Positions 25,274-38,573 of a DNA stretch of 64,000 nucleotides are shown here, one piece after another; position 1 is the stretch's first letter, and each line of letters starts with the position of its first letter. The translations under genes and the position numbers were made by a program. The DNA is from Podarcis tiliguerta (taxonomy: Eukaryota). The stretch is from the NCBI GenBank assembly GCA_965153285.1, contig OZ229110.1. One strand, given 5' to 3'. The notes beneath the pieces are model-generated. The model ran no database searches and was not told where the DNA came from. It was given only the letters and a program-made list of their open reading frames with translations.

Positions 25274-25275
25274 TG
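25243..25275. repeat. compound (CT)n(GT)n microsatellite
   Basis: Visible tandem repeat. Confidence 0.9.
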
Positions 25276-28199
25276 TTACTGTATACACACAGTGGTTTGC
25301 ATCCAATAGGTTTCACTTAGTTTCCACTGAAATCAATGAGATTTAAGTTACACATTACGAACTTAAGTCCCATTCATTTCTGTGGGATACTGATTAAATT
25401 ATTAATTCAATACCTGGATTCATTTTAGGCAGGTACTGTCTAAGCTGCATCTTGCAATTCATACTAGAGACAGAACCCTGGGGGCAAGGGAATGAATATA
25501 TTGCTTTTGCTGCTAGTTACTAACTGCACTTATTAGCATTTTATTAAAAGAAATATCTGTTTCTTCACTTCCATCCACCAAAGATGGATCATCCACAAAA
25601 AGTAAAAATGCATTACACAGCTCTTGTATGGGATTCAAGTGATATGCCTTTTAAAAGCATGGATTAATTCTTGGAATAGACAGCAACTACCAGACATAAT
25701 AGCAGCAAATCATGATTTCATTACCGCCAGTCTGGAGAATTACTTTAGGCAGCTGCTATTACTGTTCTTCAAGATCATCCCAGTTCACTTTGGCTGAATA
25801 TTTGTAGTTGACGTCTAGCATAAGTACTGTTGGCACAACTCCAGCCTCTCTCCATATGATCACGTTCTAGCCTGACAGTCTGACACTTAGAAGAAAGCTC
25901 TGAGTTGTTGTGCTTTTATCGTCATGGACAGATGCTGCTGACTCAAAATAAAAAGTCCGTTCTATTTCCAATTTGTCTGGAGGGTATTTTTTAATCAGTA
26001 GTTAATGGATAATCAATTCTGAGATGGCTACATAGAACACTGCATTATGAACTTGCTTATAAAATCCCATTAGCTTGTCTAACAATATGAAGGAAGAAAC
26101 CATAAAATCAAGCCCTCCATTAACTTAAATAATAGCTGAATACATATTAGGATGTTTTGCAAAACACTATTTATAAACATGGGGGGGTTGGATAAAATGG
26201 AAACATAGCGCTAATCACTTTCCGTTCACAGATCCAACCTGCTCATTTTTATCCATTATAAAGATTCTCTCTCTCCCCCTCTCACACAAACCTCTTCTCT
26301 AAACTATTTAGATGATGGTTAGGTAACCACAGATACCAGGAATGAAAGAACATAGGAAGTGTCTGCTGGATGTGTCCCATCTAGTCCAGCAATAGTAATA
26401 TTTGTAGCAGTTGTTGCTGCTTGAACAAAAACATTCCCCTGTTAAAGGTTTCAAGGCGGTGGGGTCTGGTCAATGCCTGGACGCATTTGTGGTTAGTGTC
26501 CATTTGGACTGGCAGGGCAGAAAGCAGAGACGCCAACAGTAGTCAGAGGCCAAGCTGATAACAGGCAGTGCCAACTAATTCTCAATTTCTCCCCATCCTC
26601 CTCCTCCTAAAATGCTACACTAATAGAAAAGAGGAGAAAGCTGACAACCATGGCCACCCTGACCCCCTGGACTGGCTGTAAGAAAGAAGACTGGCTGAGG
26701 AGGGCCGGCTGAGGACAGACTTGAGACTGGTGAGGTCATGCTCTATGCACCCAAATGGTCCAGCCTCCAGTGCATTAGGGAGAGCCCTTGGGAACCCCAT
26801 GGAAGCTGCCTTGGGTTCCATGATGGAAGAAAGGTGGGGTGTAAATATTAACTGAATACAAATATTAATTCTTCATCTGGTCATGTCACTTGTCTTAATT
26901 TTTATTCCTGCCAAGTACTTACAGCCTTTGTGGTTTTTGGACCATCACGCACATTCACCAACCTCCTTGGCTCCTTTGGCAATATGGCAGCATCTCAAAA
27001 TGAGCAAGTGGGCAGTGGTGAGCCAACAAGACAGGGCAGACTTGCTTCCTCATGGACACAGGATGGCTTGTGGTATCAAATTTATTGTCTTCCTTCAAAT
27101 GGTATTAATTTGCTTGCGATTGATAATTTACCAGGTAGGCTTAACTCCCCTGCACTCCCTCCATTTCACAGGCTATTCTTCAGCAGCTGTCATATGGTTA
27201 ACAGTAAAAACTTTTTCAGCAAACATTTTATAATGTCATTACAACTGTAGATAGTAGAACAATGTTGAACTAAGAAATTAACCTTGGCTATACACTGTGT
27301 TGTTAACTGGTATCTCTATTCACAGCTGTACAAAAGATAATTTTAATCCATACAATGTGAACCCTGATTGTGTTCTATATAATACCTCCTTTTAATTGAG
27401 GGTATAATATTACATCACAAATGCCTTTATCAAGCAGACTGTTAATCTCGTCACAAAGGAATAACAGGATGTTTGGCAAAAGCATTTTCAATTAAACCAT
27501 GTTGACTCACATCAGTTATTTTATTTCTCAGCTAAATGCCCTGGCCAGGATTAGCATCAGGCAGAAAGGTCCCTTGTTCATCTCTTTTAGTACTTTTAAT
27601 ATATTGAGAATGTGAAGCTCCATTTTCCACTTCTTCTAAGATTGATTAAGTCAGCAACGCTTTACAGTTACCAGTGCAGAACTCCCATTGATCTCAACAG
27701 GGCTTGTAAATTTAGATGCAGCAAGAAAAACCCAAACTGTATTAGCAATTCAATGAATTTACCTAGTATAGCCACATGCAAAGGAAGACAGAGCTCCTAT
27801 ACTTTTAACTGCTATATGGAAGAGGAAATTTTAACAGCTTACCCACAAGACAAAACTTGACTGCAAAGTACCGTCTTCCATTGATTTAATTTCTCTCTCT
27901 CTCTGAGCAACTGTTAAAGGGACAGGAGCCCTTGCCTCTGAGCATCTTGTCACTCTCTCTGCTACTTCCTTTAACAAAGATGTGAAAACCAGAGACTAAT
28001 GAACTGTGTGTATTCAACCTTACACCTTTCTTCAATAAGAATGCCATACTCTCATACCTACATACTGCAAAATGGACAATGCTTCCAACTCCACTCCAAA
28101 TAATGAACAGAAATATCCACTGAACACATCCAATCTAGGAAGCTTTAAACAGGTTTATTCCCTTACAACACCTTTACAGAGCACACACAGAGAAAAAAT

Positions 28200-28390
28200 T
28201 ATTGTGTATTATATTTATATGCCACTCTTCCACCAAAGAGAAGGGGTGCATACATTAATCTATCCTGTCTTATCTTCATAATAATTCTGCAAGGTATATT
28301 ATGCTGAGAGGGACTGACTGGCCCAAGATCGCCCAATAAGCTTTCCTTATCTGAACCTGGCTCCTTTGTCCAACAACCACGACACACTGA
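28200..28390 (-). mobile_element. MIR/CORE-like SINE (Squam3-like), degenerate
   Basis: TTATCTTCATAATAATTCTGCAAGGTA..GCTGAGAG..TGACTGGCCCAAGATCGCCCA resembles the MIR-derived core. Confidence 0.6.
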
Positions 28391-29610
28391 CTTTCAATAG
28401 TACCACTTACCCACTAAAATAGCTTATTGTAGGATTTGATGGCTAAAATAGCTTGAGGATTTAGATATGAATCCTCTTCCTATTACCAACAAGGGGATGT
28501 GTAGCCACAACTCCCTCCAATTATAGGATCCTACAAATATCATTATGGCTCTAAGTTAATAATGAAGGTTGAGAAATATAACAACCCTGGAAGCACCAGA
28601 TTAAGTCGCATGTAATTTTTCATTCATCCCTGTTCTATTTCAAGACGAAAACCTCAGGCCTCCAAAGAATCAGCAGGAGTTTTTTCAAAAAGATGTTTTC
28701 CTTGGTTATACTAGAAGCTGCCTCTGTACTGGAAGCTGCCTTCTGTGTGCTGGAAGCAGCTGTAGATTAAGTTTTGGGAAGCTGCTGTTTGAATGGAATG
28801 ACAGCCCCTGCTGTGCAAGCCAAAGTGGGAGGGAGCCACTGATGCAAGCATATTGCTCCTACAAGCTGGCTGGACTACGAAAAGGTACTCCCGTCATTCT
28901 GTTTCATATCAGCAAATGGGATAACAGCCATGCGTGGTGGAGTCCTGTCATTAGTCTTCTAATGCACTTGTGTAGCTCTGATGAGGGGGACTGACAGATT
29001 TATTAGCACTATGCACAGCACATACCCTTGATATTCACATTGCTACTAATTAATATTCAATCCATATTACAAAGTACACCCAGTCTTGAGGGTCAGCTGC
29101 ATTAAATCTCATGGGTAGGCATTTCTGAACACTGCATATTATTGGCAGTATGTACAAAGGCACATTTGTTCTGTTTCTGAGAAATGGAAATAACACATCT
29201 ATTGCTTACAGAGACATGGGAAGCCTGCCCCTTTATTTCTACAGTTTTCTGCTTTGTCTCCCTACTCTTACAAAAGCTGTGGAAGGTCTCAGATATCCTT
29301 CCTTCATCAAACTACTTGTGTGGCTGCAGGGCTCTTCAGTGTTCTCCATTCCACCCTCCTCCCCCCAAAAACACAAATCAATACAGTGAATTTTGTTCCA
29401 ACTTTAACAAATTGGCATAGTCCAATCAATTAAGTGTTGCAACCTCACCTGTGATCGTACAATGATAGAAAATTTGCAAATAAGCATGGTAATCATTACA
29501 GTGCTAGAACAGAGCTCTAGATTTCTTAACAATGCATCCGATAGATGTCTGCATTTAGAAGTGTTTTATCCTGTCCAAGCACAACTTGTAAAATATAATA
29601 AATAATAAAA

Positions 29611-29611
29611 T

Positions 29612-29652
<41 letters not shown>

Positions 29653-29880
29653 ATTTTATATCCCACCCATCTGGCTGGGTTGCCCCAGCCACTCTGGGCA
29701 GCTTCCAACACATATAAAAACATAATAAAACATCAAACATTGAAAACCTCCCAATACAGGGCTCCCTTCAGATATCTTCTAAAAGTTGTATAGTTATTTA
29801 TCTCCTTGCCCTAATGGGAGGGCATTCCACAGGGAGGGTGGCCCTACTGAGAAGGCCCTCTGCCTGGTTCCCTGCAACAT
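29611..29880 (-). mobile_element. L2-type LINE 3' end with (CAA)n tail
   Basis: CCCACCCATCTGGCTGGGTTGCCCCAGCCACTCTGGGCAGCTTCC 3' motif; GGGAGGGCATTCCACAG (WNALP) and GAGAAGGCCCTC (RAFS) ORF2 end; (TTG)n at 29611-29651. Confidence 0.85.
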
Positions 29881-32210
29881 GGCACTAGTGTCTTCCAGAA
29901 CCTGACACCAGGTAATTTACAAAGCCAATTCACGCCCCGCCATCAAGTACCAAGTACTGTTACACTCCTTGTTTATTAAATGTCCTTCATCTGAGGTTCA
30001 TAGGGAGGTTTACAATGATAGAGGGCACCAAGCTATGCAACTCCAGACTGATATGCCAGCTATTCCATATACTAACCAGCCCTTGTATCTGAGTGGTTAA
30101 CAAGAGACTTGTTGAGCAATCTATAGAGTTCTTTTAAAATGTCTATTTGCAGATCCTTTATAGTGAAAGAGTTGGTTGAAGTCAGAAAAGTTGTTTTATA
30201 ACACTATTCACAAACATTTGGAATAAATTCAGAAGTCAAAATCCTATACCGATTTTGCCGTGCTTCAAACGCATTGATTCTAATGAGTTCAGGCAAGCCT
30301 AATCTGGGTCGTGTTGCGGCCGTGACATTTAAAAACCTGTTACCTGCCAGATGATTCCATGTGCTATTGATGCAATCTTTAACCCAAAAAAAAATGTTAC
30401 GGGAAGTTTTTTTCAAGATGGGAAATGCACTATTCAGCAAGATTAAAAGATTTTTTTTTTCTGCTTCCACAATGATAAATTGATTTCCTATAGAAGTATG
30501 CATTTAGACAATCAAAGAACAACACAATTATTATTGTAGTTATTTCAGATGGGGCAGTCCCCAGCACCAACCCCAGATGCATGCCTTCAATGGTAGCAGT
30601 GGGTTTTTTTTTTTGGAATGGGATGGGGAGTAGGGAGAACGCTTCATACAGGAATCTTAAATATTTATCTCCTGAAATGCATTCTTTAAGTTGGACAACA
30701 GGAATTTGACTTTAAAATTATTTTGAATGGTGTGGATGGATTTGTATTATATGTGGATTGGTGATGGCAACAACCCATATGACTTTGAGGCAATCACACT
30801 CTACTATTTTATTCACATGGTACCTGACACTTTGGAAGGTTAAAAAGATTTACAGAATAATCTGAAGAGTCAAGCTGGCAATGATCTGGTCATTTGGGTA
30901 AGTTTTTTAGAAACTTTAAACATAGGCGGCAATAAATGGCCCAGAACAACATTTGCCTCTACATGTTCCCAATTAATATGTCTGGTTATGTCTTGCCAGA
31001 AGCTCCTGAACTGGTAGTCTCAGCAAAGAGCCACAGAAGAGCAAATCAACCTTTGCTTCTGCAGTAGAACTTTTTTGGTTCCATCACCTGCTACATAGTC
31101 CACTGTGTCCCCAGAAGCTTCTTCTGGTGGTAAGTGGACCCTCCAGAACAGCATTAGATGGGACGCAGGTGGGCTGTAGTAGAGAGAGAAATCAACCAGG
31201 CTGCCTTTAACAAGTGGTAGTGCTCGTCTACTCACAAAAGACACCTTTGAATCCAATCCTGGAGAGGCAAGTAACAAACAGCAAAAGGAAATTGATGCAT
31301 TTGTCTGTTAAATGGGAATGTGAGGCAAGGAGGAATGCTAGCTAGAACTGAAGAAAAAGAGATGGCTCCCACAGTGATCCACAGGGTCAGCGCATGTTGA
31401 CAAGGGAGAACATGGGCAAGATTCCTAGACATACCTCCCAACAATTGCAGATGATGGAGATGCAAGGTTAGGGTTTCTCACCAAGCAGCAGCTTGAATTT
31501 GTAAAGAACTTTCGCAGGGGCCCAAATGAAACATAAGTGATGTAAATAACAAAGGGCACAGGTACTAGTTGTCATAAGTTAGAGCAATTGAATTCCCCAC
31601 CACAGAGGTGCAGCATGGTCACAAAGTGCATTCTACTAATCTGTGTGTTTGCAAAGGGAAGCAGGTTCTTGCTGAAATAAACTGGTTTGGGTTTCTCAGA
31701 AAATGCAAACAAGAGTAATTACTTCAATTAAGGCAAAGGTATGCTTGCTGAAGGGAATCTGTTCCTTCTAAGACATAAATCAATAGCAGAATAAGAGCTG
31801 TTACCTGCATCAGATATGACCATCAGATACGACACTGATTCCAAAGGATTAATTAGGAATGCATTAATGTGACTCATTTGTCCCTGAGGGGGAATCCTCT
31901 GTTCTGCAGTCACTCCGAGATCTATGTTTGGTGGGAACCACTGGGGATTCTCCTGAATAAATGATAGTGGGCTTGTGCTTCCTCCAGTTAAATGTGCTAG
32001 CACTGTAGCACATTTCACTCAAAGTAAATCCAAATTACATAAATAGTCTCAGGGTGTTGCAGAGTTTCAGTCAACTCAAGCTTTACTGCTAACTGCAGAA
32101 TCAGGTGGTGGTTTGCATGTGAGCCAACAGAGAAATTTAATATCAGCACACACAATACTTCACAGAAAATCTCATTCAGCAGTCAGCACCAAATGATGAG
32201 CAATCAAGTT

Positions 32211-32360
32211 CATAGAATTGCAGAGTTGGAAGGGATCCTGAGGACCATCTAGTCCAACCTGCATTCCTCCAGCAATGCAGGGATATGCAGCTGTCCCATA
32301 CAGGGATCAAACGTGCAACCTTGGCATTATCAGCACCTTGTTCTAACCAACTGAGCTATC
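32211..32360 (-). mobile_element. SINE with tRNA-Ile-derived head and CR1-type tail
   Basis: Reverse complement GATAGCTCAGTTGGTTAGAACAAGGTGCTGATAATGCCAAGGTTGC...GGTTGGACTAGATGGTCCTCAGGATCCCTTCCAACTCTGCAATTCTATG. Confidence 0.85.
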
Positions 32361-32959
32361 TATCCAAAGAACTTGGGTGGTAAAGTTTTACTCAGAGAAG
32401 ACAAACTGAAATTAATTAACATGACTAAGTCAGTCAGCATTCGAATCCTGTTTTCACTCTGGGTGGGGTGAAGGCAAGAAAGGGACAAATTCAAAGTTCT
32501 ACTGCTAAAATGTCTTTCTTCTTTTGGGGGATGGTATGTTTTCTCCTTCAGCCAAGAATTCTCTCTGTGTGTGTTGTGTGTAAAGGGCAAAGAGAAGTTG
32601 AGAAATGAGGGAAGGCAGGAGAGAAAAAAGGAAAAACTAGGGAACTGAGACTTCAGGCTCAGTCATAAATTTGTGGCTGTAAATCTCCAAGAGCACAAGA
32701 GCAGCAGCTACTGTGGTGGGCAGAATGTTAACTGACAGTTCTCTTCCAGGAGCAGACGTGCCTTTCTCTTGGGTTTGCGCAGTACAGCATTTGAACAAAA
32801 GGGGGAAAGACTCACTATTGACTTGTCTGCACTTTCAGCTGAAGAACCAAGAGGTCAGTTCACTCATTTACACATCAGGCGATTAAAAACAGTTTAAAAA
32901 CACACACGCATTTGATACAAGACGAAAACTATACCAAAGTAGGCATTTGTGACAAAGAC

Positions 32960-33110
32960 ACATTTATCCAGCCGAGAAAGCCTGTTGAAACAAAAATGTC
33001 TTCAGGTCCCCCCCCCCCCCCCGGAAAGAGCTGATAGTGGGTGCCTGTCGTAGATCATCAGTAATGCTGTTCCACAGAACAGAGGCAGCCACACTAAAAG
33101 TCCTGCTGCA
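32960..33110 (-). mobile_element. L2 ORF2 terminal fragment
   Basis: RTFSVAASVLWNSITDDLRQAPTISSFR..LKTFLFQQAF is a typical L2 C-terminus. Confidence 0.75.
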
Positions 33111-33439
33111 AGTTACTGTGGCTTCTGAGATCTCTGCAACTTGCAGGAGAAACTCTCCCACAGACCACAGCAGGAAGTTAGCGTCTGTATTAACTTCAAA
33201 CACTGAAGTTACAGTTATGCTTTTTTAAAAAAAATCTCCTTTGATTGATTTGCACATTCTATTGAATTTTTACAGTTGAAATTTTAAAAAAGAACACTGA
33301 CATAAAACAAAAAATCCCAGCTGACATCCATGGTACTAAAAAGGGTCAAAAAATGTAGAAGAGTCATTCTGAAGTAAGAGAGAGGCACTGTTTTCAATTC
33401 TAAGGTTAGTGGTATAAACAGGGGACAACCTTGCACTGC

Positions 33440-33606
33440 AAGAATCGCCACCCAGCCATGAAGCCCCCTTGTAGAGCTCACCTTTGGCTAGTCTCTTAAC
33501 CTAACCTACCTCACAGGGCTGCGGCAAGGATGAAATTGAGAGGCAAGAACAATGTACACCACCTTTAGCTGAGGCAAAACGTGGCATATAGATGTGATAA
33601 ATAAAA
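33440..33606 (+). mobile_element. MIR/CORE-like SINE (Squam3-like)
   Basis: CAGCCATGAAGC..AACCTAACCTACCTCACAGGGCTG..AAGGATGAAAT..ATGTACACCACCTT..AAATAAA. Confidence 0.65.
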
Positions 33607-36036
33607 ATGAGTAACTACAACTGGAAAATGCATTTAAGCACTAGTGCTATGTTTAATTCTAGAACACACTTTGCATCAACAGACTGGTGCCAGACCTACA
33701 AGAGACACAAAAAGACATTGGAACTCCCGTTTCCATGTTCTTATTTTATCTGTAAGCCACCTTGAGTCCCTGTTAGGGTATAAATTATTTAGCGGGGTGT
33801 GAATAAATATGTAATAATTATAACAATTCTCAAGGCTGGCTGCTACAAGAGTTTCCAGACCTTTCTTGGCATTTGACAAGTAAGTACAATGATCCTGAAG
33901 ACAAGGGAAGCACAGAATTACTAGAGCCAGGAGACTTGTTAAATCCCTGCCACCCATTCAACTGATGAGCTTATTTAACTGTCAAAAGAAGTTGAAGGAT
34001 ATTCTGTGTTGCCGGTGGCAATTAGATTGGTTCAGAAAACACATGATAAAGAGCTCAGCCCTGTTTGGGTGTTCACGCCTTACATGCAAAGCAAATCATT
34101 TAAGAGAGGGAGGGGTGCGCAGCCAGGTTCCATGAGCTCGGGCTCATCACCTTTGTCTTGTTTGCATGTCCCCGCCACCTAAGTAGGGTTCCAGAAGGCA
34201 AATCCCTGCTTCAGAAATTTGCTTTCCCATTCATAGAGAGTTGCCAAAAAAAGATTAAGGTAATGCACTGAAGGTGCATTATCAGCACATTTTAATCACA
34301 GATTCACCCTACAGTTGAGGCTAGGCTGGTTTAGCTCTGGTAGTTGCCTGAATAGGACCTGTGACTGGTAAGGCAGAAGGCAGGGAGATCAATAGTAGCT
34401 GGAGCCAGAGCCAATGGCAGACAAGGAGAACCATTTCTAAATTTTGTCCCTATCCTTCTTTCTGATGCAATGCATAAGGGCAACACTTGACAGATGACAG
34501 CCAGGGCCAACCCCTGGACTGGTTATAAGCAAGACCAGTCTCCACTGGAAAACACTCCTTGGAAATGCTGAAGGAGGCACTCTGAGCTGTTTGGAGGAAA
34601 ACTGCTATGTATGTTTTAACTCTCTCTATTGTGCTATAGATAGATGATTGATATATATATAGAGAGAGAGATCCCCCCACCTTTCCTCTTCTTCCTTACT
34701 GTTCCATGACTTATCACCTCAGTTTATTGAATAATTATAAAAATGCCCCACTTTCTCAAACACACATGCAATCACCTAGCAGCGTGGGATCCAATTCACA
34801 AACCCTGGACAACAGGGATGTGGTTTTGATAAGTGACAGAAGTGTTTAATGGGAGTCTTGTATATATCAACCTAGGTGCAGACCTTGTGTTCTGCACAGG
34901 TGAATACCATACAGATCACCCCAGATGCTATCATGTTTGAGGGGCAACAGAGGACACCAGAAATGTACTGTGCTTGTGCAGTCTTCTATTGGAGATGGTC
35001 TCTGGTTGTTTCTCATTTTATCTTCTTAGATGATGCCTTCCTAAAGGCAAAACTATGAAGATAACTTCTGCATGTGTTTACAATACATCATCATCACCTT
35101 CTCATTCTTCTTTCCCCTAATGCACATACTTTTGTCCCCAGAGCCATTCATCTGTTTCCTCTGGTGCCACAAAGCTGCAGATGCATTTTCTGCACAGAGC
35201 TATCATTTTACACAAGCTGAACAAAAATATTCAAAGGTGGTTTCCTTCATCTCTCGCACACTGCAAATACAGGTATTTGCATAAAATTTCAATCGGAAAG
35301 AGCTTACTACTGCAGGCCCATGTGGTTTTATTGAATAGCTTAATATGAGCACTAATTCCACATATCAATTTCTAAGCAAACCTAAACCTTGCAGAATTGT
35401 CATGGCTGCCTCTGAAAGCAACACAAACCACACCTGCATTTCAACAGCATTCCTTTGATAAGAAAGGAACATGCATAAATCTGTAGACAGTTGTGAATTG
35501 AACATCAGCAGCAGTAATCTTTCCATTGCATCTTTGTTCTTCCACGTCACCAACAAATCAAATCAAATGTTTTCAAATACCATTTGGGGAATATGTTCAT
35601 TTATCATTTTCTGTTGTTGGGCTTTTGGGGTGTGTGTGGTTTTTTTTAACTGGTAAATGATAGATAACTAGCTCTGAATAATAGAGCTCCCACATTATCT
35701 TGAACAGTACTGTCAAGAAAATGTAATGGCTATTAACTACACTTCAAGGAACACAGGCAACTTTTCAGATGTTATTTCAAAGGGATTTTTAGAAAGCACG
35801 GCATCCTTGTCAGAAGCTGGCATCGGTTTAAACACAATCATTTTCAGGTTCATGCCACAGGACATAATGCACTTCAATCTGCTAAATGCATATAGCGTAA
35901 CAGTGTGATAGATGCCCAAACACCAGTTTATCTTACATTTAATGCTTAGTGCTCACAGGGGGAGGAGAGCGTAAATCTCAAACTGACATGCATCAGAATG
36001 GAGATAGGGTGGATCACGTGACTGAATGTTCCTTCT

Positions 36037-36347
36037 ATCTTCCAATATCTAAAGGGCTGTCACATGGAAGATGGCGCAAGCTTATTTGTTCTGCTCTGGA
36101 GAGTAGGACCCCAACCAATGGCTTCAAGTGCCAAAGAAGGAGACTCCGAGTAAACGTCAGGAAGAACTTTCTGACTGTAAGATCTGTTCAGCAATGGAAC
36201 AAACTTCCATGAGAGATGGTGTGGACTCTCCTTCATTGGAGGTTTTTAAGCAGAGGTTGGTGGCCATTTGTCATGGAGATTCCTGCACTGCGGGGATTTG
36301 GACCAGATGACCCTCAGGGTCCCTTCCAACTCTATCATTCTATGATT
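36037..36347 (+). mobile_element. CR1 LINE 3' end (ORF2 C-terminus plus 3'UTR)
   Basis: YLKGCHMEDG, NGFK..RRLRVNVRKNFLTVRSVQQWNKLP, DSPSLEVFKQRL, then GGTCCCTTCCAACTCTATCATTCTATGATT. Confidence 0.92.
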
Positions 36348-36396
36348 ATATGTCATGGCTTAGGCTCAACTAGAGCCCTTCTCTAATATGCTAATG

Positions 36397-36532
36397 CAGG
36401 CATCCCCAACCTGTGGCCCTCCAGATGTTTTAGCCTAAAACTCCCATGATCCCTAGCTAACAGGACCAGTGGTCAGGGATCATGGGAATTGTAGTTCAAA
36501 ACATCTGGAGGGCCGAAGGTTGGGGATGCCTC
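36397..36532. mobile_element. hAT palindromic MITE (same family as 2002-2137)
   Basis: CAGGCATCCCCAACC...GGTTGGGGATGCCTC; same loop AGCTAACAGGACCAGTGG as the 2002 copy. Confidence 0.9.
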
Positions 36533-37574
36533 AGGAACAAAGGGAGCTGCCTTAAACCAAGTCAAACTGTTGGGTCAAGCAACTCAGTAATCTGTACTCT
36601 TCTCACTTGTGGCTTGGAAGTTTACTTGAATTTACAGCAATCCCTTTGTTTAATAACTTTTCCCACTTCAACTTGCCCTAAACTGCTGCTAGCCCTACTA
36701 ACAGCTTCACGGGCAATTTAGACTAGAGGAAAATAACGTATTAGGAGAGAGATCTAAACAACCCTGTCCCAATGTCATAGCTCTGATCAAATCTGGAGTT
36801 ACCACCAAAAACACTGAGAGATCCAATAAGACATCTTTGTTTCCTAATCCACTTTTGCATGATGCTGCTCTGGCTCACACACGAACCGACAGACTACACA
36901 CACAAGCCACTCTTATTATTTTGCATCTGTAAAGACTCACTTTTCCAAACATCATTCAAAATATACTTACTACTGCATAAATAATGTGAAAGCATTACGA
37001 AAGTTATAATCTTAAGCATGCTAAAACGTAAGAATCTTTCAAATCCATGATGTTTACTTCTGGGGAAAGATGCTCAGGACCACACAGATAATTTACAGAT
37101 CAAAATGTTAAATGTGCACCTAACTTTATTCCCTTGTGGTTTTCCAAAGATAAATTGCTGCCACCCTGTATAAATTTCTCTCAATAATCACTGCAGGATA
37201 GGGTCTTCTTACTCTAAATATCCTGATTCTAATTCAAACCCATAAAAATAATCTTGGCAGCTCAAAATGAATGACTTCATGCTTTCTTACTTTAATCCTT
37301 ATCTATGCAAGTGCACGGCATTAATGATTACCTATTCAATCTTTTCATTTATCAAATTTTATATGAAAGTACATAATGGAAGTTGCCCACGGATGGAGAG
37401 AAATGAGTGATTGTCTGGTGCATGCAGTCTTTTTTACAGGAGCTCAGAGCACACTTAGGCACAGAAGACATTGGATTTGAACCAGGAGCTCATGCAAAGA
37501 CAGAGGGTGTCTGAATAATTATGCCATCAATCGTTAGAAAGAGGCCAAGTTCAGCCTTGCTTGGATGCAGACAA

Positions 37575-37881
37575 CAGGAATGGCCCTATCCTTAGGCAGA
37601 GTGAGGAGCCTGCCTCAGACAATCAGGTGTGGGAAGTGGGCAGTGGAAACTGCCCCCCCCGGGGTGTTTCTCCTGAGCCCATGATAGAGCTGTGAGTGCC
37701 ACAGGGCTTGTACTGCACTCTCTAGTATTATGCCCTCAAGTGTGCTGCAGCATGCCAACCTATTGCTGGTATTGAAGTGTGGTTTAACTTCCATTCCAAC
37801 CAACTTCCATACAAAAAGCAGGAGGGGGGGAGAACTAACCTGCCCTTGCTTCAGGCAGCAAAATGCCTCAGGCTGGCCCTC
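37575..37881. mobile_element. degenerate hAT-like element
   Basis: Ends CAGGAATGGCCC and GGCTGGCCCTC (CAGGGCCGGCCC-type TIR); TGCCTCAG subterminal motifs. Confidence 0.45.
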
Positions 37882-38411
37882 AGGGGCAGGGTGCTTGTTT
37901 TCTTTTCTCCAGAGAAGGACAGCAATGCTCTTGCCGATGATAAACATACTCACCCCACTATCGTTTCTTGTGAACATATTTTGCAGGGATTTGTACTGCT
38001 TTGAAAACCTTTTTGGCCACAGAACACGTGGAACAAAATGAATGAGTCTGTACACCATGGGCAGCAAGGACTCTGTTAAAGTACCTACCCTAATAACTAT
38101 TTCCTACAGTCATGAATAATTCTTTCTGGTTTTCTCTCTTGATTTTCTCAGCCTCCAGACTTGTTCATACTGTAGTTGGTCTGCTCAGTTTGTGCATTCT
38201 TCTCTTTCTATTACACCAGCTCGTGACCCAACGCTGCTTCCTAATAAGGCCAGTGTAAATTTCACTAGTTTTTCACTTGGAGAAAGGGTTATTGTTTTTA
38301 GCTAGGATGTGCAACCCTTTTGGCTCTCAGGCCCACATGTAGTGGTGGTTGGTGGCCATAATCAGACATGCCCATGCACAAACATGTATACAAACAAGTA
38401 TCTCCTCTCCC

Positions 38412-38414
<3 letters not shown>

Positions 38415-38470
<56 letters not shown>
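38415..38470. repeat. compound (CT)n(CA)n microsatellite
   Basis: Visible tandem repeat. Confidence 0.95.
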
Positions 38471-38471
<1 letters not shown>

Positions 38472-38573
38472 GCTTTCCCTCTGCCTCAACACTTCCAGTG
38501 AAGCCCAGACTGGTGTCTGCAGCAATCTTGACTGGCTTAGAATTGCTGGTTTAAGGCAGCTCCCTTTGTTCCT

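Noticed and set aside
27866-27990. Possible THSD7B signal-peptide exon (minus strand ..NQWKT|gt)
   Set aside because: Wrong phase for exon 3 and no hydrophobic signal peptide upstream.
37615-38067. 150-aa ORF and other 60-141 aa ORF-track entries
   Set aside because: No recognisable domains; many overlap repeats or microsatellites; lengths are expected by chance.
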